From Acidobacteriota bacterium (lineage in GTDB: Bacteria > Acidobacteriota > UBA6911 > RPQK01 > JADFOI01), in assembly GCA_963663035.1 (NCBI GenBank), contig OY760074.1:1568001-1632000 (forward strand): a stretch of DNA of 64,000 nt, written 5' to 3'. Below, in pieces: positions 59,604 through 64,000 of the stretch (its first letter is position 1; each line of letters starts with the position of its first letter). Below the pieces are notes generated by a model. It was given only the letters and a program-made list of their open reading frames with translations, was not told the origin of the DNA and did no database searches. The translations under genes and the position numbers were made by a program.

Positions 59604-61013
59604 TTGAACGACATTTCCTCCTTGTTAGAGCCTCGGTCGGTGGCGGTGATCGGGGCCTCTTCGAATCCGCAGAAATCCGGTCACATCTTGCTCAAAAGTA
59701 TCCTTGTCAATAACTACAAGGGCCAGGTCTACCCCATCAACCCAAACTCCGAAGAGATCCTGGGGTGCAAAGCCTACAAGACCATCCTCGAGGTACCGGG
59801 TGAGATAGACCTGGTTTTCTTTCTTCTGCCCGGCCAATTCCTGGAGGAACTTTTCAAGGATTGCCGACAAAAGGGGGTGAAGGCCGCCGTAATTGTGGCG
59901 GCAGGTTTCAGCGAGACCGGAGAGGAAGGCGCTCAGGCCGAGGCCAAGCTTCGCCAGCTCATTCAAGAGTCGGGGATCCGGTGCATCGGCCCCAACACCA
60001 TCGGCTTTATCAACATGCAGGCTAGCCTGGTGGCCAGCTTCGTGCTCTTCACCAACTGGCAGGACGGCCCCATCGCCCTGGGCGCCCAGTCTGGCATCTT
60101 TGGGGGAGCAGTGGCCGACCAGTTGATGGCGCGCACGGTTCAGCGCCTGGGAATTTGTAAGAGCATCGCCTTCGGCAACAAGATCGACCTGGATGAGACG
60201 GATTTTCTCGAATATGTCTGGAAGGATCCTGCCACCAAGGTGATCGCCCTTCATCTGGAGGGACTGAGTCGCGTCCGCTCTTTTTTATCTCTGGCCAATA
60301 GGGTCAAGTGTGAGAAACCCATCATCGTCCTGAAAGCCGGGCGCACCGACCTGGGTGCCAGGGCCTCCGCTTCCCACACCGGCTCCCTGGCCGTGAACGA
60401 TGAGCTGCTGGACCATGCCTTCCGCCAGTATGGCCTGGTCCGGGCAGACGATCTGGAAGAGTTTCTCGAGTATATGAAGGCCTTTTCCTACCAACCTCTT
60501 CCCAAGGGCAAGCGGGTGGGAATCGTGACCTTCAGCGGCGCCAACGGTGTAATGGCCTCAGATGAGCTGCGCCAGCACGGATTCGAGTTGGCGAACCTGA
60601 CAAATCCCACCTGGCAGCGCATTAAGAAGTTTCTGCCGCCCTGGCAGCCCACCACACATCCTGTGGACCTGTGGGCGGCTCTCGGTGCCGGCAATAGACT
60701 GGTGCATGAGGAAGGTATTCTCTCTGTCCTGGACGATGAGAATACCGATGCCGTGTTGGTGATCTTACTGGCGCTTTCCAACGCCGACTTCGACGGCATT
60801 GGTGAGATCTATCAGGAAGCCAGACGGAAGCATCCTGAGAAGCCTCTCTTCACCGTGATGCTGGGGGGCGAGGTGAAAGAGAGGTGGCTCTCCGAGATAG
60901 AAGGGTTGAACATGCCGGTTTTCGAAACCACTCGCATGGCCATTAAATCACTCCAGGTCATGCTCTGGTACGCTCAGATCCGCGACCGGATGCAGCCCGA
61001 TCCCCGCTTGTGA
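59604..61013 (+). CDS. NDP-forming acyl-CoA synthetase alpha-type (CoA-binding) subunit
   Basis: PRSVAVIGAS, IGPNTIG, QSG, GNKIDL and phospho-His SHTGSLA motifs; TTG start after GGAGG. Confidence 0.85.
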   Translation: MNDISSLLEPRSVAVIGASSNPQKSGHILLKSILVNNYKGQVYPINPNSEEILGCKAYKTILEVPGEIDLVFFLLPGQFLEELFKDCRQKGVKAAVIVAAGFSETGEEGAQAEAKLRQLIQESGIRCIGPNTIGFINMQASLVASFVLFTNWQDGPIALGAQSGIFGGAVADQLMARTVQRLGICKSIAFGNKIDLDETDFLEYVWKDPATKVIALHLEGLSRVRSFLSLANRVKCEKPIIVLKAGRTDLGARASASHTGSLAVNDELLDHAFRQYGLVRADDLEEFLEYMKAFSYQPLPKGKRVGIVTFSGANGVMASDELRQHGFELANLTNPTWQRIKKFLPPWQPTTHPVDLWAALGAGNRLVHEEGILSVLDDENTDAVLVILLALSNADFDGIGEIYQEARRKHPEKPLFTVMLGGEVKERWLSEIEGLNMPVFETTRMAIKSLQVMLWYAQIRDRMQPDPRL

Positions 61014-61174
61014 GGACGAGGCTCGCTTTGAATTACGTGGGTTAGCTCGACCAAGGGAGACTCTTTTGGTGTCGCCTATGGTAAGTGGGGTGAAAGTGCT
61101 TGATTCCTTTTCAGCCACCACTATATACTCCCTGCCAGAAAAGCATATTCCGATCCAAGCGTAGGAGGTTTATT

Positions 61175-61699
61175 ATGGGAAAAGTGATTAAGAAAAAGGG
61201 CTGGATGGTCATCGCGGTCTTCGTGCTTCCCTTGCTGATGACATTTTTCGCCCTCGGACACGGTAACGATCATGGTCTTGCCAGCGCTCAGGTAGGGCAG
61301 GGTGAAGTCTCCATTGAGTTCCACCGGCCCCTGGCCAATGGCCGTGATGTTCTCAGCCTGATCCAGCCGGGAATCTACTGGATGATGGGGGCGGACGGAG
61401 CCACCCTATTGAACACGGACGTCGATCTGATCGTCGGTGGGACCACGGTCTCAAAAGGTCAGTACACTATTTCGGCTCACTTTCACGACGCGGAAAACTG
61501 GTCGCTCGTTCTATCAAATGATTCTGGTCGAAGAGGTTCGAAGCCACAAGAGATCGTTGCTGAAGTTCCCGGGACCCTCAGCCAGCTCAGCGCTCCCGTC
61601 GACCAGATGAACATCGAGCTCACCGGCCAGGGATCGAAGGCAACGCTTGTTCTCGAGTGGGGAAACAGTCGTTTGAGCGTCGACTTCTCCGCTGCTTGA
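61175..61699 (+). CDS. DUF2911-like secreted protein
   Basis: Signal peptide; IEFHRP..NGR, W.MGA..AT, G.YT and LEWG motifs. Confidence 0.7.
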   Translation: MGKVIKKKGWMVIAVFVLPLLMTFFALGHGNDHGLASAQVGQGEVSIEFHRPLANGRDVLSLIQPGIYWMMGADGATLLNTDVDLIVGGTTVSKGQYTISAHFHDAENWSLVLSNDSGRRGSKPQEIVAEVPGTLSQLSAPVDQMNIELTGQGSKATLVLEWGNSRLSVDFSAA

Positions 61700-61873
61700 A
61701 ACGGCAGTCCGGCCCTTCATTAAGGAAGCTTCTACAGCAGCCAGTACTCTCGGGGAGTCCTGTCGATCACAGCATCTGAATCCAGAAGCTGATTTCGTGA
61801 CGGATTGCTACCTCTGCAGACAGGAAGAGTACACATACCGGAGAGTCCACAAGGATCAAAGGAGAGACTGAAG

Positions 61874-63676
61874 ATGAAATGGAGAAAATCCTTGAGAGTG
61901 GGTGGTTTAACCATGGCTGCCATGAGTATTGGCCTGTACCTGGGAGGAGGAATGGGGGAAGTTCAGACGGCCCCCATCACCAGCGGGTACCAACAGGGTC
62001 CTGCCGACCAGCAGCAAGCTGTCCGTGTGAGGATGCATGATGAAGCGGAACTCGCGGCTGACCTTTTTCTCCCCGATGGGGAAGGCCCCTTCCCTACGCT
62101 GATCCGAAAGACACCCTACAATCGAGAGGGACGAAGCCGCGAAGCGCAGTTCTTCGCCGACAACGGGTACGCAGTTATGATCGTTAGTCAGCGCGGGCGC
62201 TTTGGCTCAGAGGGCATCTTCCACCAAGCCAAAAATGAAGGCTGGCTGGAACATAAGGACGGCTATGACACCATTGAGTGGGCAGCCCAGCAACCGTGGT
62301 CCAATGGAAAAATCGGAACCTACGGGGTCTCCTCCGATGCCCAGTGGCAGCACGCCACCGCCCCGACCCGGCCACCCCATCTGGTGGCCATGTTCACCAG
62401 TTACGCTGCCCACCATCGCGACGGAGGGCGGATGGAAGGTGGCATCCACACCTCCGCTGGGCCCACCTGGCACCACAACAACGGCGTGATTGGACGACCG
62501 CTGCGGACGGTGGAGGATTACACAGCCTGGCTCTCAGATTGGAAGGCTACTGGACTCCCTCTCATTGCCACCTTCCTCCATCCCGAACTGCTCGAGCAAT
62601 TCATCCACACCACCTATGACGACTACTGGAGGGACATCGACCCGGGCACCCGCTACCAGGACTATGATGTTCCCATCTACCACGAAAGCGGCTGGTATGA
62701 CCGCTACGTCCGCTGGACCTTTAAGAGCTTTAACGGCGTTCGCGAGAAGGGGTTCTCCCAGAAGGCACGCCAGTCTCAGAAGGTCATCATGGGTCCCTGG
62801 ACCCACGGTGGATCGGTGGCGCCTGAGTCGGACGTAGTCAAGTTTGGCCCGGCTGCCGAAATTGACCGCCGCGCCTTACATCTGCGCTGGTTTGACTACT
62901 GGCTCAAGGGCATCGACAACGGCATTATGAGTGAGCCTCCGGTGCGGGTCTATCTCATGGGAGCAGAGCGTTGGATCGAGGCCGACAGCTGGCCCTTGCC
63001 CGACACCCACTATGTAAAGTACTACCTGCGAGCCGGCCAGGGACAGCCCCAGAGGTCGCTAGGACTGCCCCGGGGCTCGCTAAACAATGGACGGCTCACT
63101 CAGCAACTGCCTGGATCGGAAGACCCAGACGAGTATGTGCATGATCCCTATGATCCCATCCCCACCATCGGTGGGCACGGAGGCTTCGGCCGGATGTGGG
63201 AGATGGGCCCTCTGGACCAGCGGCCCAGCGAGTCGCGGACCCTCACCTTTACCACCGACGTCCTAGAGGAAGATCTGGAAGTCGTTGGTGAGATCCGGAC
63301 AAGCTTCTTTGCCTCATCCTCAGCAGTAGACACCGACTTCGTCTTGACGCTCACAGACGTCTATCCCAACGGCAACTCGGCTCTTCTGCGGCAAAACGCG
63401 ATTCGGGCACGGTACCGGCTGAGCCTGGAAGAGGAGTCGCTGCTCACACCGGGCGAGATCTATGAGTTCACCTTGACTCTGGACGGTATCGCCAACGTTT
63501 TTAGAGCCGGACACAGGATTCGCCTGGGGATCGCTTCCAGCAGCTTCCCGTCCTATCTCCCAAATCCGGGAACAGAGAGCACCTATCTAGCCACAGAAGG
63601 GATCGTCGCTCGTAACGTCATCCACCATGACAGCGAGCACCCCTCTGCGATCGAGCTGCCGGTTAGGGGAAACTGA
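61874..63676 (+). CDS. CocE/NonD family (S15) hydrolase, secreted
   Basis: RKTPY, RGRFGSEG, DGYDTIEWAAQQPWSNGKIG, GWYD, GPWTH and PepX_C (DP.DPIPT.GG, F..GHRIRL) motifs. Confidence 0.92.
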   Translation: MKWRKSLRVGGLTMAAMSIGLYLGGGMGEVQTAPITSGYQQGPADQQQAVRVRMHDEAELAADLFLPDGEGPFPTLIRKTPYNREGRSREAQFFADNGYAVMIVSQRGRFGSEGIFHQAKNEGWLEHKDGYDTIEWAAQQPWSNGKIGTYGVSSDAQWQHATAPTRPPHLVAMFTSYAAHHRDGGRMEGGIHTSAGPTWHHNNGVIGRPLRTVEDYTAWLSDWKATGLPLIATFLHPELLEQFIHTTYDDYWRDIDPGTRYQDYDVPIYHESGWYDRYVRWTFKSFNGVREKGFSQKARQSQKVIMGPWTHGGSVAPESDVVKFGPAAEIDRRALHLRWFDYWLKGIDNGIMSEPPVRVYLMGAERWIEADSWPLPDTHYVKYYLRAGQGQPQRSLGLPRGSLNNGRLTQQLPGSEDPDEYVHDPYDPIPTIGGHGGFGRMWEMGPLDQRPSESRTLTFTTDVLEEDLEVVGEIRTSFFASSSAVDTDFVLTLTDVYPNGNSALLRQNAIRARYRLSLEEESLLTPGEIYEFTLTLDGIANVFRAGHRIRLGIASSSFPSYLPNPGTESTYLATEGIVARNVIHHDSEHPSAIELPVRGN

Positions 63677-63679
63677 GGC

Positions 63680-63891
63680 TAGCCGGAATTATGCATAGGT
63701 TTTCGTGACGAAGTGCCGCAGGCGCCGCGATGACAAGGCGTGCGAGGGGTACCCGCCACGGGTCGGGCCCCGCAGGCGTACTCTTGCAGTACGCCGAGGA
63801 GCCCAAGGGGTACCCGCTTGCGGGTCGCACAACGCAGTCAGCGTGGATGATTGCGGCACTGCAGTAGAAAATTTATGCATAATCCCGGCTA
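63680..63891. mobile_element. MITE-like element, family 1
   Basis: TIRs TAGCCGGAATTATGCATA / TATGCATAATCCCGGCTA; near-identical to 43803-44017. Confidence 0.85.
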
Positions 63892-64000
63892 CAGGACACT
63901 CTGAAGTAAGGAACAAATTCGTGAAGGAAAGGAGAAGTTTGACACGATGGTAATGGAGCCCCCGGCCAAACCCAAGAAAAAAGAGGCCAGTGGCCAAAAG

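Noticed and set aside
63689-64000. ORFs at the right edge
   Set aside because: They are mostly MITE sequence. A possible plus-strand start near 63947 is too short to assign.

Overview
This is a gene-dense bacterial window. Gene content and gene order suggest an Acidobacteriota-like organism, which is an inference. Housekeeping blocks: gap-pgk-tpiA-secG-tRNA-Leu(GAG), tRNA-Gln(CTG), an F1-only atpHAGDC operon, queG, acnA, lpdA, thyA-folA, lemA plus an HtpX-like M48 gene, and a three-part pnt transhydrogenase. Accessory or unusual content: (1) A translationally coupled operon of sodium:solute symporter, egtD, senA-like and senB-like genes (selenoneine-type, no selD/senC in the window). It is preceded by a sigma70 promoter and a ~125-nt closed, multi-hairpin RNA-like element. 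(2) A PafB/PafC-like WYL pair with no pupylation genes, next to sodC. (3) An 8-gene operon at 44968-52401 built around a GlmL/MutL-like actin-fold ATPase, an NqrA/RnfC-like hybrid-domain protein, an FN3+DUF6754-like protein and several integral membrane proteins, with no mutase genes nearby. This is the best candidate for an uncharacterised membrane system. (4) An ABC transporter with a degenerate M24 hydrolase, and a separate SDR / phytoene-desaturase-like / acyl-CoA ligase / CocE block. (5) Many non-autonomous repeats: two MITE-like families (one nested into a ~400-bp palindrome), REP-like units and heptamer tandem repeats. All family assignments come from motif recognition by eye; no searches were run.
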